From: Candidatus Rokuibacteriota bacterium
GTDB taxonomy: Bacteria > Methylomirabilota > Methylomirabilia > Rokubacteriales > CSP1-6
NCBI GenBank assembly: GCA_016184365.1
Contig: JACPCW010000079.1
Coordinates: forward strand, 5,661-69,660
DNA length: 64,000 nt
Reading direction: 5' to 3'
The number at the start of each line of letters is the position of its first letter. Position 1 is the stretch's first letter. The position numbers were made by a program, and so were the translations under genes. A model generated the notes under the pieces. The model ran no database searches and was not told the DNA's origin. It saw nothing but the letters and a program-made list of their open reading frames with translations. Of the stretch, positions 38,818-50,864 are shown one piece after another.

Positions 38818-38852
38818 GGTGGCGAGCGGCGTCGACTGATCCGGCGGAGACG

Positions 38853-40514
<1,662 letters not shown>

Positions 40515-40549
40515 CGGCCCCGTCATCATACGGTACGCTGCGGGTGACG

Positions 40550-40969
40550 ATGGAACGCCAGCGCGTGCTCTTCCTCTGCACGCACAACTCGGCGCGGAGC
40601 CAGATGGCCGAGGGCTTTCTCCGCGCGCTCGCCGGCGACCGCTTCGACGTCGCCAGCGCGGGCACGGAGCGGACGCGCGTCAACCCGCTCGCGACCCGCG
40701 CGATGAGCGAGGTCGGCGTGGATCTGAGCGGGCACTCGTCGAAGACGGTCGACGGTCTGCTCGGCGAGCGGTGGGACTACGTCGTCACGGTGTGCGACGA
40801 CGCGAACGAGCGGTGCCCGATCTTTCCCGGCCGCACGACGCGGCTGCACTGGAGCGTTCCCGATCCGTCGAAGGCCACCGGGACGGACGGCGAGCGCCTC
40901 GCGGTGTTCCGTCAGGTGCGCGACGCGATCCGCGCCCGCCTGGTCGACTGGCTCGGGACCGTTCCCTGA
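40550..40969 (+). CDS. arsC: Arsenate reductase (thioredoxin/LMW-PTP type)
   Basis: [29 protein letters not shown]. Confidence 0.88.
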   Translation: MERQRVLFLCTHNSARSQMAEGFLRALAGDRFDVASAGTERTRVNPLATRAMSEVGVDLSGHSSKTVDGLLGERWDYVVTVCDDANERCPIFPGRTTRLHWSVPDPSKATGTDGERLAVFRQVRDAIRARLVDWLGTVP

Positions 40970-42015
40970 GGGAACCAGTCGCGGGTGCGGTTGCACAGGG
41001 CGCAGACCGACAGCATGACCGGCACCTCGACGAGCACGCCGACGACCGTGGCCAGCGTGGCGCCGGACGTGAGGCCGAAGAGCGAGATGGCCGTCGCGAC
41101 GGCGAGCTCGAAGAAGTTGCTCGCCCCGATGAGCGCGCCGGGCGCGGCCACCGAATGCGGCACGCGGAACCATCGGGCCAGGCCGTAGACCAGGCTCGCG
41201 TTGAAGTAGACCTGGATCAGCAGCGGCACCGCGATCAGGACGATGTGCGCCAGGTTTCCCATGATCACGTCGCCCTGGAACGCGAAGATCAGCACGAGCG
41301 TCGCCAGGAGGGCCGCGACCGACACCGGCTTGAGCCGCGGCAGGAAGACGGATTCGACCCACGCCGCCCCGCGCCATGCGAGCAGCAGCCGTCGCGTGAC
41401 GGCTCCGGCCGCGAGCGGGATCACGATGTAGAGCACGACGGAGTAGATCAGCACGTCGTAGGGCACGGTGATGTTCGACACGCCGAGCAGGAGGATGACG
41501 ATCGGCGCGAACGCGAACAGCATGACGAGGTCGTTCACCGCCACCTGGACGAGCGTGTAGGCCGGATCGCCGTCCGTCAGGTAGCTCCACACGAACACCA
41601 TCGCCGTGCACGGCGCGGCCGCCAGGATGATCACGCCGGCGAGGTACTGGTCGGACAGGTCGGGCCCGATCCAGGCGGCGAACAGATGCTTGAAGAAGAG
41701 CCAGCCGAGCACGGCCATGCTGAAGGGCTTCACCAGCCAGTTCACGAAGAGCACGATCATCAGCCCGCTCGGACGCTGACCGACCCCGCGCAGCGCGCCG
41801 AAGTCGATCCGCACCATCATCGGGTAGATCATGAGCCACACGAGGACGGCGATCGGGACGTTGACGTGCCGGACCTCGAGCTGGCTCAGTCCGCGCACGA
41901 GGGCCGGGGCGGCGCTGCCGAGCGCCACGCCGCCGACGATACAGAGCGCGACCCAGACCGAGAGGTAGCGCTCGAAGACGTCGAGGCGACGGCGGCCCGG
42001 GATCGCGTCCGTCAC
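40912..42015 (-). CDS. acr3: Acr3 arsenite efflux pump
   Basis: FERYLSVWV, WLMIYPMM, APCTAMVFVW, GASNFFELA, GVLVEVPVML. GTG overlaps the phoU stop. Confidence 0.92.
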   Translation of the reverse strand: MTDAIPGRRRLDVFERYLSVWVALCIVGGVALGSAAPALVRGLSQLEVRHVNVPIAVLVWLMIYPMMVRIDFGALRGVGQRPSGLMIVLFVNWLVKPFSMAVLGWLFFKHLFAAWIGPDLSDQYLAGVIILAAAPCTAMVFVWSYLTDGDPAYTLVQVAVNDLVMLFAFAPIVILLLGVSNITVPYDVLIYSVVLYIVIPLAAGAVTRRLLLAWRGAAWVESVFLPRLKPVSVAALLATLVLIFAFQGDVIMGNLAHIVLIAVPLLIQVYFNASLVYGLARWFRVPHSVAAPGALIGASNFFELAVATAISLFGLTSGATLATVVGVLVEVPVMLSVCALCNRTRDWFPQGTVPSQSTRRARIASRT

Positions 42016-42665
42016 GCGAGCGTGTGCCGCACCATCTTCGAGTCGACCATGTAGATCACCATCTCGGCGATGTTCGTCGCGTGGTCCGCGACGCGCTCGA
42101 GGAACCGCGAGATGAAGATCAACCGGATCGCCCGCGGGATGGTCTTCGGGTCTTCCATCATGAACGTCAGCAGCTCGCGGAAGATCTGCTCCTTCAGCGC
42201 ATCCACCGGGTCGTCGTCCGCGCACACCCGGCGCGCCAGGGCCGTGTCGCGCGCGACGAAGGCGTCGAGGCTGTCCTTCACCATGCGCTGCGCGCTCTCG
42301 GCCATGCGCGGCAGATCCATGTACGGCTTGAGCTGCGGCTCGCGGTTCAGCTCGATCGCGCGCTGGGCGATGTTCACGGCCTGGTCGCCGATGCGCTCGA
42401 GGTCGGTGACGATCTTCATCGCCGTGGTGATGAAGCGGAGGTCGCCGGCGGTCGGCTGATAGAGGGCCAGGATCTCGACGCACTTCTCGTCGATCTCGAC
42501 GTCGTAGGCGTTGACCTCGCGGTCCCGGTCGATCACCTCCCGCGCGAGCGCGTCGTCCCGATCGACCAGCGCCTTCATGACGCGCCGGATCTGGTCTTCG
42601 ACGAGCGCGCCCATCAGGAGCAGTGTCTGCTTCAGGTGGTCGAGCTCTTCGTGCATGTGCCGCAT
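42012..42665 (-). CDS. phoU: Phosphate signalling protein PhoU
   Basis: QPTAGDLR, DLERIGD, LERVADHATNIAE. Confidence 0.93.
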   Translation of the reverse strand: MRHMHEELDHLKQTLLLMGALVEDQIRRVMKALVDRDDALAREVIDRDREVNAYDVEIDEKCVEILALYQPTAGDLRFITTAMKIVTDLERIGDQAVNIAQRAIELNREPQLKPYMDLPRMAESAQRMVKDSLDAFVARDTALARRVCADDDPVDALKEQIFRELLTFMMEDPKTIPRAIRLIFISRFLERVADHATNIAEMVIYMVDSKMVRHTLA

Positions 42666-42676
42666 GGGCGCCTCCG

Positions 42677-43474
42677 CTAGCCGAACCGGCCCGTGATGTA
42701 GTCCTCGGTCCGCTTGTCTCCGGGGTTGGTGAAGATGCCCCGCGTGGCGCCGAACTCCACGAGGTCGCCGAGCAGCAGGAAGCCGGTGTCGTCGGACACG
42801 CGCGCCGCCTGCTGCATGTTGTGCGTCACGATGACGATGGTATAGCTCGACCGGAGCTCGAGCATCAGTTCTTCGATCTTGGCGGTCGCGATCGGGTCGA
42901 GGGCCGAGCACGGCTCGTCCATGAGCAGGACGTCCGGTTCCACGGCGATGGCGCGCGCGATGCAAAGGCGCTGCTGCTGGCCGCCCGACAGCCCGAGCGC
43001 GGTGTCGTGCAGCCGGTCGGACACTTCCTCCCACAGCGCCGCGGCGCGCAGGCTGCGCTCCACGATGCCGTCGAGATCGGCGCGGCTCCGCACGCCGAGG
43101 ATGCGCGGACCGTACGCGACGTTCTCGAAGATCGACTTCGGGAAGGGGTTCGACTTCTGGAACACCATCCCGACGCGCTTGCGCAGCTCCGTGACGTCGA
43201 GGCCGGCGTCGTGGATGTCGGTGCCGCCGATGCGGATCACGCCTTCGATCCGCACGCCGTCGACCAGGTCGTTCATGCGGTTCAGACACCGGAGCAGCGT
43301 CGACTTGCCGCAGCCCGACGGTCCGATGAACGCGGTGATGCGCTGCTTCGGGATCGTCATCGAGATGTCGTTCAGGGCGCGCTTGTCCGCGTACCAGAGC
43401 GACAGCCGTTCGATTTCGATCATCGCCGGCTCCAGCATGGGGCTCCTCCGTGCGTCGTCGGGGGCGTCGGTCAT
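42677..43474 (-). CDS. pstB: Phosphate ABC ATPase
   Basis: [37 protein letters not shown]. Confidence 0.95.
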   Translation of the reverse strand: MTDAPDDARRSPMLEPAMIEIERLSLWYADKRALNDISMTIPKQRITAFIGPSGCGKSTLLRCLNRMNDLVDGVRIEGVIRIGGTDIHDAGLDVTELRKRVGMVFQKSNPFPKSIFENVAYGPRILGVRSRADLDGIVERSLRAAALWEEVSDRLHDTALGLSGGQQQRLCIARAIAVEPDVLLMDEPCSALDPIATAKIEELMLELRSSYTIVIVTHNMQQAARVSDDTGFLLLGDLVEFGATRGIFTNPGDKRTEDYITGRFG

Positions 43475-45078
43475 AGCGCGGTCGTCCGGTACCGGCGGCG
43501 CAGGCGGCTGCGCAGCTGGATGGCAAAGAGGTTCAGCAGCACGACGATCACGAGCAGCAGCAGCGTCGTCGCGAACACCATCGGCCGCGCGGCGTCGACG
43601 TTCGGCGACTGGAAGCCGACGTCATAGATGTGGAAGCCGAGGTGCATGAACTTGCGCTCGAGATGCAGGAACGGGGGGAGGCCGTCCAGGGGCAGCGAGG
43701 GGGCGAGCTTCACCACGCCCGTCAGCATGAGCGGCGCGACCTCGCCGGCCGCGCGCGCCATGGCGAGGATGAGGCCGGTCAGCACCGACGGCATCACGGC
43801 CGGGAGCACCACGCGCAGCGTCGTCTCGAACTTCGTCGCGCCGAGCGCCAGCGACCCCTCGCGCGTGCTGCGGGGGATGGCGGCCAGCCCTTCCTCGGTC
43901 GCGACGATCACGACCGGAATCGTCAGCAGCGCCAGCGTCAGCGAGGCCCACAGGATGCCGCCGGTGCCGAACGTGGGCGCGGGGAGCGACTCCGCATAGA
44001 ACCAGCGATCGATCGTGCCGCCGACGGCGTAGATGAAGAAGCCGACGCCGAACACGCCGAAGACGATCGACGGCACACCGGCCAGGTTGTTGACCGCGAT
44101 CCGGACGGCGCTCACCATCGCGCCCTGCTTCGCGTACTCGCGGAGGTAGAAGGCCGCGACCACGCCGAGGGGCGCCACGATCACCGACATGATCATCACC
44201 ATCATCACGGTCCCGAAGATCGCCGGGAACACGCCGCCCTCGGTGTTCGATTCGCGCGGGTCGTCGGACACGAACTCCCACACGCGCGTGGCGTAGTGCC
44301 ATACCTTGGCGGGCGTGCTCATCGCGTTCGGCCGGTACACGCCGACGACCTGCGCGAGCGGCACTTCCTTGTCCTTGCCGGCGGCGGTGGCGACGACGAC
44401 CGCGGCGGTGCCGCGTGACCGCAGCTCGATGAGCCGGCTTTCCGCCGCCTTGTACTCCTCGTCGAGCTTCGCGAGCTCGCGCTGCGCCGCTTCGACGTCC
44501 GCGCGCGCGGACGCGCCACGCTTCTCGAGCCCTTTGAGCGCCAGGCGCAGCTGTTCCTGCTTGCGGTTGACGTCACCGATCGCGCCCGTTTCGACGGCGC
44601 GGACGTCGCGCCGGAGCCGTGCCGCGGCGGGCAGGCGCGCGTCGAGCGCGGCGGCGGCGGCCGCGCCGGTCGCGACGGGCGCTCCCCGCTCGCGGACCTC
44701 CTTCACGACGCCGATGAGCGGGCCCCACTCGGTGCGCTCGACGACGACGATCTCCGGCGGGTAGGCGCGCGCCGTGATCGCGGAGTCATCGATCCACACG
44801 AAATCGGCGGACGTGAGATCGCGGTTGGCGACCTTCAGCTTGACTCGCACGATGGGCCCGCCGGCGGCGCCTTCCCGGTCGACGACCTGACCGGCCACCA
44901 CGGTGCCGTCGCGCAGCGTGGCCTGCATGACGGCGCGCGGCCAGAAGAAGCCGAGCGCGTTCACGAGGATCACCGCGACGAGGATGACGACCATCGACAG
45001 CGCCAGCGCGAGCGCGCCGCCCGCCAGCCAGACGTACGGCTCGCCGCTGCGGAACAGGCGCCGGAGCGACGTCTTCAC
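43471..45078 (-). CDS. pstA: Phosphate ABC permease PstA (long form)
   Basis: [37 protein letters not shown]. Confidence 0.92.
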   Translation of the reverse strand: MKTSLRRLFRSGEPYVWLAGGALALALSMVVILVAVILVNALGFFWPRAVMQATLRDGTVVAGQVVDREGAAGGPIVRVKLKVANRDLTSADFVWIDDSAITARAYPPEIVVVERTEWGPLIGVVKEVRERGAPVATGAAAAAALDARLPAAARLRRDVRAVETGAIGDVNRKQEQLRLALKGLEKRGASARADVEAAQRELAKLDEEYKAAESRLIELRSRGTAAVVVATAAGKDKEVPLAQVVGVYRPNAMSTPAKVWHYATRVWEFVSDDPRESNTEGGVFPAIFGTVMMVMIMSVIVAPLGVVAAFYLREYAKQGAMVSAVRIAVNNLAGVPSIVFGVFGVGFFIYAVGGTIDRWFYAESLPAPTFGTGGILWASLTLALLTIPVVIVATEEGLAAIPRSTREGSLALGATKFETTLRVVLPAVMPSVLTGLILAMARAAGEVAPLMLTGVVKLAPSLPLDGLPPFLHLERKFMHLGFHIYDVGFQSPNVDAARPMVFATTLLLLVIVVLLNLFAIQLRSRLRRRYRTTAL

Positions 45079-47309
45079 AGTCCCTGGTACCGCCGCCGCA
45101 GACGCAGGCGCACGAGCTCGGCCACGGTGTTCACGGTGAAGGTGAAGCAGAACAGCAGGAACGCCGCGAGGAACAGCACGCGGAAGAGCGTGCCCTGCTC
45201 GGGCGCCTCCGGCAGCTCGACGGCGATGTTGGCCGACAGCGCGCGGAATCCCGAGAAGATGTTCCAGTCCATCACCGGCGTGTTGCCCGTGGCCATCAGC
45301 ACGATCATCGTTTCGCCGACGGCGCGCCCGAAGCCGATCATGATCGCGGAGAAGATGCCGGGGCTCGCGGTCGGCAGCACGATCCGCACCGCCGTCTGCC
45401 AGCGTGTCGCGCCGAGCGCGAGCGATCCCGCGCGCAGGTGCTGCGGCACGTTGGTGAGCGAATCTTCCGCGATCGTGAAGATGATCGGGATGACCGCGAA
45501 GCCCATCGCGATGCCGACGACCACCGAGTTGCGCTGGTCGAAGCCGAGGCCGAGCGCGCTGCCGAGCCAGCCGCGGTAGTCGCCGCCGAGCAGCCACGCT
45601 TCGAGGATCCCGCCGAGCGTGAAGGCGAACCAGCCCGCGATCGCGGCGACGGGCACGAGCGCCAGCGCCTCGACGCCGGGCCGAAGACGCCGCGCGGCCG
45701 GCACGCGGCGCCACAGGAACAGCGTGACGAGGATCCCGAGCGCGAAGACGGGCCCGAACAGCACGAGGCCCGGAAGCACGGCCTCGATCACCGGCGCGAG
45801 CCACAGGCCGGCGAGGAAGCCGAGCACGACGCTCGGGAGCGCGGCCATGATCTCGACGGCCGGTTTCACCGTCGCGCGCAGCGACGGATGCATGAACTCG
45901 CTCACGTAGAGGGCGGCGAGCAGCGCGATCGGCACCGCGAACAGCAGCGCGTAGAGCGTGCCCTTCAGCGTGCCGAAGACGAGCGGGGTCAGCGACAGCT
46001 TCGCCTCGAAGTCGTCCGTGCCGCCCGTGGACTGCCAGACGTAGGTCGGCTCGCCATAGCCCTCGTACCAGACCTTCGCGAAGAGCGCCTTCATCGTGAC
46101 TTCCGGATGCGGATTGTCCACGTCCCAGTGCGTGGCGCGCCCGGTCGCGTCCACGGCGACGACGCCGTCGGCCTTGGGCGCGAACGTCACGGCGCGCACG
46201 GATCCCGCGTGGCCCGGCAGCGTGAGCAGCGTCTGCCCCGTCGTGCCGTAATGCAGCCGCACGACACCGGCGGTATCCGACGTCACGAAGCCCTTGTCGC
46301 GTCGCGACGGGCTCATCGCGGTGATGGCCGCCGCATGTGGCTCGAAGTCGTTCAGCCGCGTCAGCCGCGGCGCGCCGCCGCCGGGGCCGGGCAGCAGCTG
46401 CCAGGTCGAGACACCACCCGCGGCATCGCCGACGACGAGCGTCCGGTCGCCGTTCAGGAATCCGAGCACGGTCACCGCGGAGCCGGCCGTGGTCGCATCG
46501 ACGGCCTCGACGCGGACGGGGTTCGCGCGATCGCGGAGGTCGTAGCGCACGATGCGGCCGCGCGTCGTGCCGACGAAGAGATCGTCGCCGCGGCCGTCGA
46601 GCGCGAGCGCGTTGATCGCGCCGTCGTCCGACAGCGGCAGGTCCTGGCGCGTTTCTTCCTTCGTGCCCGGACCGATGAGCGCCTTGCGCTGCACGACCGC
46701 GACGAGCACGAGACGCGGCGGCGAGACTTCGGCCACGATCACCGGCCCGCCGTCCGGAAAGGCTCCGGCGACGCGCGTGACGGCGCGCCGTCCGTCCGGA
46801 TCGACGGCGACGGGCTCGGCGAACTGCGGGCTCGGCACGATGCGGCGACGGCCGTCTTCGAACGTGACGTCGAACTTCATCTCGAGCGAGATCACGCGGC
46901 CGTCGCTCGTGCCGAGCAGGTGGCGGCCGCCGCCGGCGACGGCCGCGGTCGTCACGCCGGCGCCGTTCAGACCCGCGACGTCGTGCGTCACGGCGCCGTG
47001 GCCGCTCAGCCCGCGAATCTCGATGCGGCCGGCGGGAGTGACCGCGTACATCGCGTCGCGGTATTCGTCGACGGCCGCGAGGAGGACGGGCGAGCCGACG
47101 GCGATCGGCTCGCCGACGCGCCCGGCGCGCGCGGGCCGGAACAGCGGAACGATCTCGAGCGCGATGACGCCGACGATCGCCAGGATGGACGCGATGATGA
47201 CGAGACCACCGCCGGTCACCACGCGCGCCGCCCAGCGGTCCACGAGGAGCCGCCGGGCGGTGCGGGTGCGGTCGAGCGGGATCCGCCGGACCTGGAATGC
47301 GATCGCCAC
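45075..47309 (-). CDS. pstC: Phosphate ABC permease PstC (long form with beta-propeller-like region)
   Basis: VWYEGY..P.YVWQS, KLSLTPL.FGTLK, GRAVGETM, ANIAVELPEA. Confidence 0.9.
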   Translation of the reverse strand: MAIAFQVRRIPLDRTRTARRLLVDRWAARVVTGGGLVIIASILAIVGVIALEIVPLFRPARAGRVGEPIAVGSPVLLAAVDEYRDAMYAVTPAGRIEIRGLSGHGAVTHDVAGLNGAGVTTAAVAGGGRHLLGTSDGRVISLEMKFDVTFEDGRRRIVPSPQFAEPVAVDPDGRRAVTRVAGAFPDGGPVIVAEVSPPRLVLVAVVQRKALIGPGTKEETRQDLPLSDDGAINALALDGRGDDLFVGTTRGRIVRYDLRDRANPVRVEAVDATTAGSAVTVLGFLNGDRTLVVGDAAGGVSTWQLLPGPGGGAPRLTRLNDFEPHAAAITAMSPSRRDKGFVTSDTAGVVRLHYGTTGQTLLTLPGHAGSVRAVTFAPKADGVVAVDATGRATHWDVDNPHPEVTMKALFAKVWYEGYGEPTYVWQSTGGTDDFEAKLSLTPLVFGTLKGTLYALLFAVPIALLAALYVSEFMHPSLRATVKPAVEIMAALPSVVLGFLAGLWLAPVIEAVLPGLVLFGPVFALGILVTLFLWRRVPAARRLRPGVEALALVPVAAIAGWFAFTLGGILEAWLLGGDYRGWLGSALGLGFDQRNSVVVGIAMGFAVIPIIFTIAEDSLTNVPQHLRAGSLALGATRWQTAVRIVLPTASPGIFSAIMIGFGRAVGETMIVLMATGNTPVMDWNIFSGFRALSANIAVELPEAPEQGTLFRVLFLAAFLLFCFTFTVNTVAELVRLRLRRRYQGL

Positions 47310-47310
47310 G

Positions 47311-48279
47311 TTACTGGATCTTGCCCAGCTCTTCCTTCGCGACCTGTGCCGGGATCGGGAAGTACCCGTCCTTCACGACATCACGCTGGCCTTCCTTCGA
47401 CACGGCCAGCTTCACGAACTCGCGCGTGACGGGATCGAGCGGCTTGCCGGGCGCGCGGTTGACGTAGACGTAGAGGAATCGCGCGAGCGGATAGGTGCCC
47501 GCGTAGCTGTTGTCGGCCGTCGCTTCCACGCACTTGCCGCCCGCTTTCTCGGAGAGCGGAACCGCGCGGACGCCGGCCGTCGTGTAGCCGATGCCGCTGT
47601 AGCCCATCGCGAACCTGTCGACCGTTACGCCCTGCACGACGGACGCGGACCCCGGCTGCTCCTTCACCGTGTCCTTGAAGTCGCCGTTCTTCAGCGTCTG
47701 CTCCTTGAAGAACCCGTAGGTGCCCGACGCCGAGTTCCGCCCGTAGAGGCTGATCGGCCGCTTCGCCGCGTCCCCGGTGAGCCCGACCCGGCCCCAGGTC
47801 GTCACGTCTTCCTTGTACCCCTGGCGGCGCGACTTCGAGAAGATCGCGTCGACCTGCGGGATCGACAGGCACTTGATCGGGTTGTCCTTGTGCACGAACA
47901 CCGCGAGCGCGTCGACCGCGACGCGGATCTGCGTCGGCTTGTAGCCGTACTTCTTCTCGAACTGGTCGATCTCGCTGCCCTTCATCGCGCGGGACATCGG
48001 ACCGAGCTGCGCCGTGCCGGAGATCAGCGCGGGCGGCGCGGTGGACGAGCCCTTGCCTTCGACCTGCACCTTGGTCGACGGGTAGAACTTCGCGTACGTC
48101 TCGGCCCAGTAGGTCATGAGATTGTTGAAGGTGTCCGAGCCGACGCTCGAGATACTGCCGCTCACGCCGCTCACGGCCTTGTAGGACGGCAGGTTCGGAT
48201 CGACTTCGACCTGGGCCATGACGGGCGCCGCGAGCATCAGGACTGCGGCCAGCACGACGAGCACGTTCCGCCTGTTCAT
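47311..48279 (-). CDS. pstS: Phosphate-binding protein
   Basis: [36 protein letters not shown]. Confidence 0.93.
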   Translation of the reverse strand: MNRRNVLVVLAAVLMLAAPVMAQVEVDPNLPSYKAVSGVSGSISSVGSDTFNNLMTYWAETYAKFYPSTKVQVEGKGSSTAPPALISGTAQLGPMSRAMKGSEIDQFEKKYGYKPTQIRVAVDALAVFVHKDNPIKCLSIPQVDAIFSKSRRQGYKEDVTTWGRVGLTGDAAKRPISLYGRNSASGTYGFFKEQTLKNGDFKDTVKEQPGSASVVQGVTVDRFAMGYSGIGYTTAGVRAVPLSEKAGGKCVEATADNSYAGTYPLARFLYVYVNRAPGKPLDPVTREFVKLAVSKEGQRDVVKDGYFPIPAQVAKEELGKIQ

Positions 48280-48330
48280 TCGTCCTCCTCTCATGGTGGC
48301 TTCATCGTGAGGAGCACGTATGTCCGCACG

Positions 48331-48360
48331 GTCACGGCGGTGTAAACAGGTTCGTTACAG
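48331..48360 (-). promoter_or_regulatory. Pho-box-like repeats upstream of pstS
   Basis: Minus strand CTGTAAC-gaac-CTGTTTA-caccg-CCGTGAC, with ~11-nt spacing resembling CTGTCAT repeats. Confidence 0.5.
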
Positions 48361-48412
48361 CCGATCGAGCGGGCTCCCCACGCGCGTCCGGCGCGCGGGG
48401 CCACCCGGTGGG

Positions 48413-49546
48413 CTACTTCGAGGCCGCGAAACGCGCCAGGTGGTGGTCCGCGTCGCCGAACATCTGCGCGATCATGGTCAGCCGCCGGAAGGTGTGGCTG
48501 ATCTTGAGCTCTTCCGTCATGCCCATGCCCCCGTGCAGCTGCACCGCCTCCTGGCTGACGTGGCGCGCGGCGTCCGCGATCTTGATCTTCGCCGCGGACA
48601 CGATGCGGCGGCGCTCGACGTCGTCGCCGCTGTCGATCTTCACGCACGCGAGCGTGGCGATCGATCGCGCCTGCTCGTAGCTGATCAGGATGTCGACCAT
48701 GCGATGCTGCAGCGCCTGGAAGGTGCCGATCGGCACGCCGAACTGCCGGCGTGTCTTGAGGTAGTCGAGCGTCGCGTCGTGCGCGTACTTGATGGCGCCG
48801 ACGGCCTCCGCACACACGAGCACCGTCGCGTAATCCACGACTCCTTCGATGACGGGAAGGCCCTGGCCTTCGGCGCCGATCACGGCGTCGCGCCCGACCG
48901 TCACGCCGGAGAGACGCACCTCGGCGACCCGGTGAGCGTCGACGCCGCGCGCCTGGGTGACCGTCAGGCCGCGTGCGTTGCGCGGGACGAGGAAGAGCGT
49001 GATGCCGCGCGCGTCCGTGTCGCCACCGTCGGTGCGCGCGGAGACGACGAGGAGGTCGGCGGCGCCGCCGTGGAGGACGACGCATTTCTCGCCGTCGAGC
49101 GTGAAGCCATCGCCGGCCGCGCGCGCGCGCGTCGTGACGTGCGCGAGGTCGTAGCGTGCGCCACGCTCGGTGTGCGCGAACGCCATCTTCGTCTTGCCCT
49201 GGATGAGGCCGGGCAGGATCGCGTCCTGTTGCGCCTTCGTGCCGGCGCGGGCGATGAATTGCCCGCCGAGGCCGACGGTGGCCAGGTACGGCTCGACGAC
49301 CAGCGCCTCGCCGAGCGCTTCCATCACGACCATCATGTCGATCGTCGTGCCGCCGAAGCCGCCGTGCTCGCTCCCGAACGGCACACTGAGCACGCCCATT
49401 TCCGCGAGCGCGGCCCACACGTCGTCGCTGTGGCCCGCGGGTGACGCCACGATCTTGGCGCGCGCGTCGAAGTTGTAGCCCGTCGCCAGAAAGCGCCGGA
49501 TCGTTTCCGAGAGGAGCCGCTGCTCTTCGCTGTATTCGAAGTCCAT
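48413..49546 (-). CDS. Acyl-CoA dehydrogenase (PimD-like partner)
   Basis: R.QFGVPIGTFQALQHR, QLHGGMG. Confidence 0.9.
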   Translation of the reverse strand: MDFEYSEEQRLLSETIRRFLATGYNFDARAKIVASPAGHSDDVWAALAEMGVLSVPFGSEHGGFGGTTIDMMVVMEALGEALVVEPYLATVGLGGQFIARAGTKAQQDAILPGLIQGKTKMAFAHTERGARYDLAHVTTRARAAGDGFTLDGEKCVVLHGGAADLLVVSARTDGGDTDARGITLFLVPRNARGLTVTQARGVDAHRVAEVRLSGVTVGRDAVIGAEGQGLPVIEGVVDYATVLVCAEAVGAIKYAHDATLDYLKTRRQFGVPIGTFQALQHRMVDILISYEQARSIATLACVKIDSGDDVERRRIVSAAKIKIADAARHVSQEAVQLHGGMGMTEELKISHTFRRLTMIAQMFGDADHHLARFAASK

Positions 49547-49559
49547 GGCCGGCTCCTCC

Positions 49560-50744
49560 TCAGAGTCCCAGGGTCGCTTTGGCGATGATGTTCCGCTGGA
49601 TCTCGTTCGAGCCGGCGTAGATCGTCGCCTTTCTCAGATTCATGTAGCGGCCGGTGAGCGACGCGGTGAACGTGTCGAACGCCGCCGTCGCGTCGACGGC
49701 GCGGTACGGGTGCGCGAACGGCCCCGCCGTCTGCATCATCATCTCCGTGATCGCCTGCTGGATCTCCGTCCCGCGGATCTTGAGCATCGAGACCTCGGCG
49801 CCGGGCGGACGATCGCCGCGCCGGAGCTGGTCGAGGAACCGGAGATTGGTGATCTCGAGCGCCATCAGCTCGACTTCGACGCGGGTGATGCGGTCGCGGA
49901 ACCGCGGGTCGTCGAGCAGCGTGCCGCCGTTCACGCGCGTGCGTGCCGCGAGCGTCTTCACGCGCACCAGCTCGCGCTTCGACAGCGCAATCCGCCCGGT
50001 GCCCATGCGCTCGTACCCGAGCAGGTACTTCGCGACCGTCCAGCCCTTCCCTTCCTCGTGCACGAGGTTCGCGGCCGGGACGCGCACGTCGTCGAAGAAG
50101 ACCTCGTTGACCTCGTGGCCCTGGTCCATCAGCACGATCGGCCGCACGGTGATGCCGGGCGACTTCATGTCGATGAGCAGGAACGAGATGCCCTCCTGGC
50201 GCTTCTCGCGCGTGGCATCCGTGCGCACGAGGCAGAAGATCCAGTCGCCGTAGTGCCCGAGCGTCGTCCAGATCTTCTGGCCGGTCACGACGTAGTGATC
50301 GCCGTCGCGCACCGCGCGGGTCTTGAGCGACGCGAGGTCCGAGCCGGCGCCGGGCTCGGAGTAGCCCTGTACCCAGAAATCGTCGCCGTCGTAGATGCGC
50401 GGGAGGAACCGCTGCTTCTGCTCCGGCGTCCCGAACCGCAGCAGCACCGGTGCGCACATCCGGACGCCGAACGCGACGATTGGAGGACACCCGGCGGTCT
50501 CGCATTCCTCCTCGAAGATGTAGCGCTGCACGACCGTCCAGTTCGTGCCGCCCCACTCGACGGGCCAGAACGGCGCGACCCAGCCTTTCGTCGCGAGCCG
50601 GCGGTGCCACCCGAGGAGGTCCTCCTTGGTGAGCTCCCGGTAGTTCAGGACCTTGTCCCGGATGTCCTCCGGCAGGCTCTCGCGGATCCAGGTGCGCACC
50701 TCGTCACGGAACGCCACTTCCCCGGGGGAATAGTTGAGGTCCAT
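49560..50744 (-). CDS. Acyl-CoA dehydrogenase (PimC-like)
   Basis: QGYSEPGAGSDLASL, GQKIWT, IYAGSNEIQRNII. Confidence 0.9.
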   Translation of the reverse strand: MDLNYSPGEVAFRDEVRTWIRESLPEDIRDKVLNYRELTKEDLLGWHRRLATKGWVAPFWPVEWGGTNWTVVQRYIFEEECETAGCPPIVAFGVRMCAPVLLRFGTPEQKQRFLPRIYDGDDFWVQGYSEPGAGSDLASLKTRAVRDGDHYVVTGQKIWTTLGHYGDWIFCLVRTDATREKRQEGISFLLIDMKSPGITVRPIVLMDQGHEVNEVFFDDVRVPAANLVHEEGKGWTVAKYLLGYERMGTGRIALSKRELVRVKTLAARTRVNGGTLLDDPRFRDRITRVEVELMALEITNLRFLDQLRRGDRPPGAEVSMLKIRGTEIQQAITEMMMQTAGPFAHPYRAVDATAAFDTFTASLTGRYMNLRKATIYAGSNEIQRNIIAKATLGL

Positions 50745-50864
50745 TCGGGCCTGCTCCTCTCGCGCCGGCTCGGCCGGCGACCGCTTCCTTCCTATACCCC
50801 AATCGCGGGTCGGTTCGCATGATGCCGTTGGGCGGGCGGGAATTTTCCCGCGGGCGTCCGCGCG

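Noticed and set aside
43471-47309. Unusually long PstC and PstA
   Set aside because: Long forms with extra soluble domains are already known from Pseudomonas-type pst operons
48413-50744. Acyl-CoA dehydrogenase pair between phoBR and pstS as part of the Pho system
   Set aside because: It is a common paired arrangement with no Pho box seen, so the position is probably incidental
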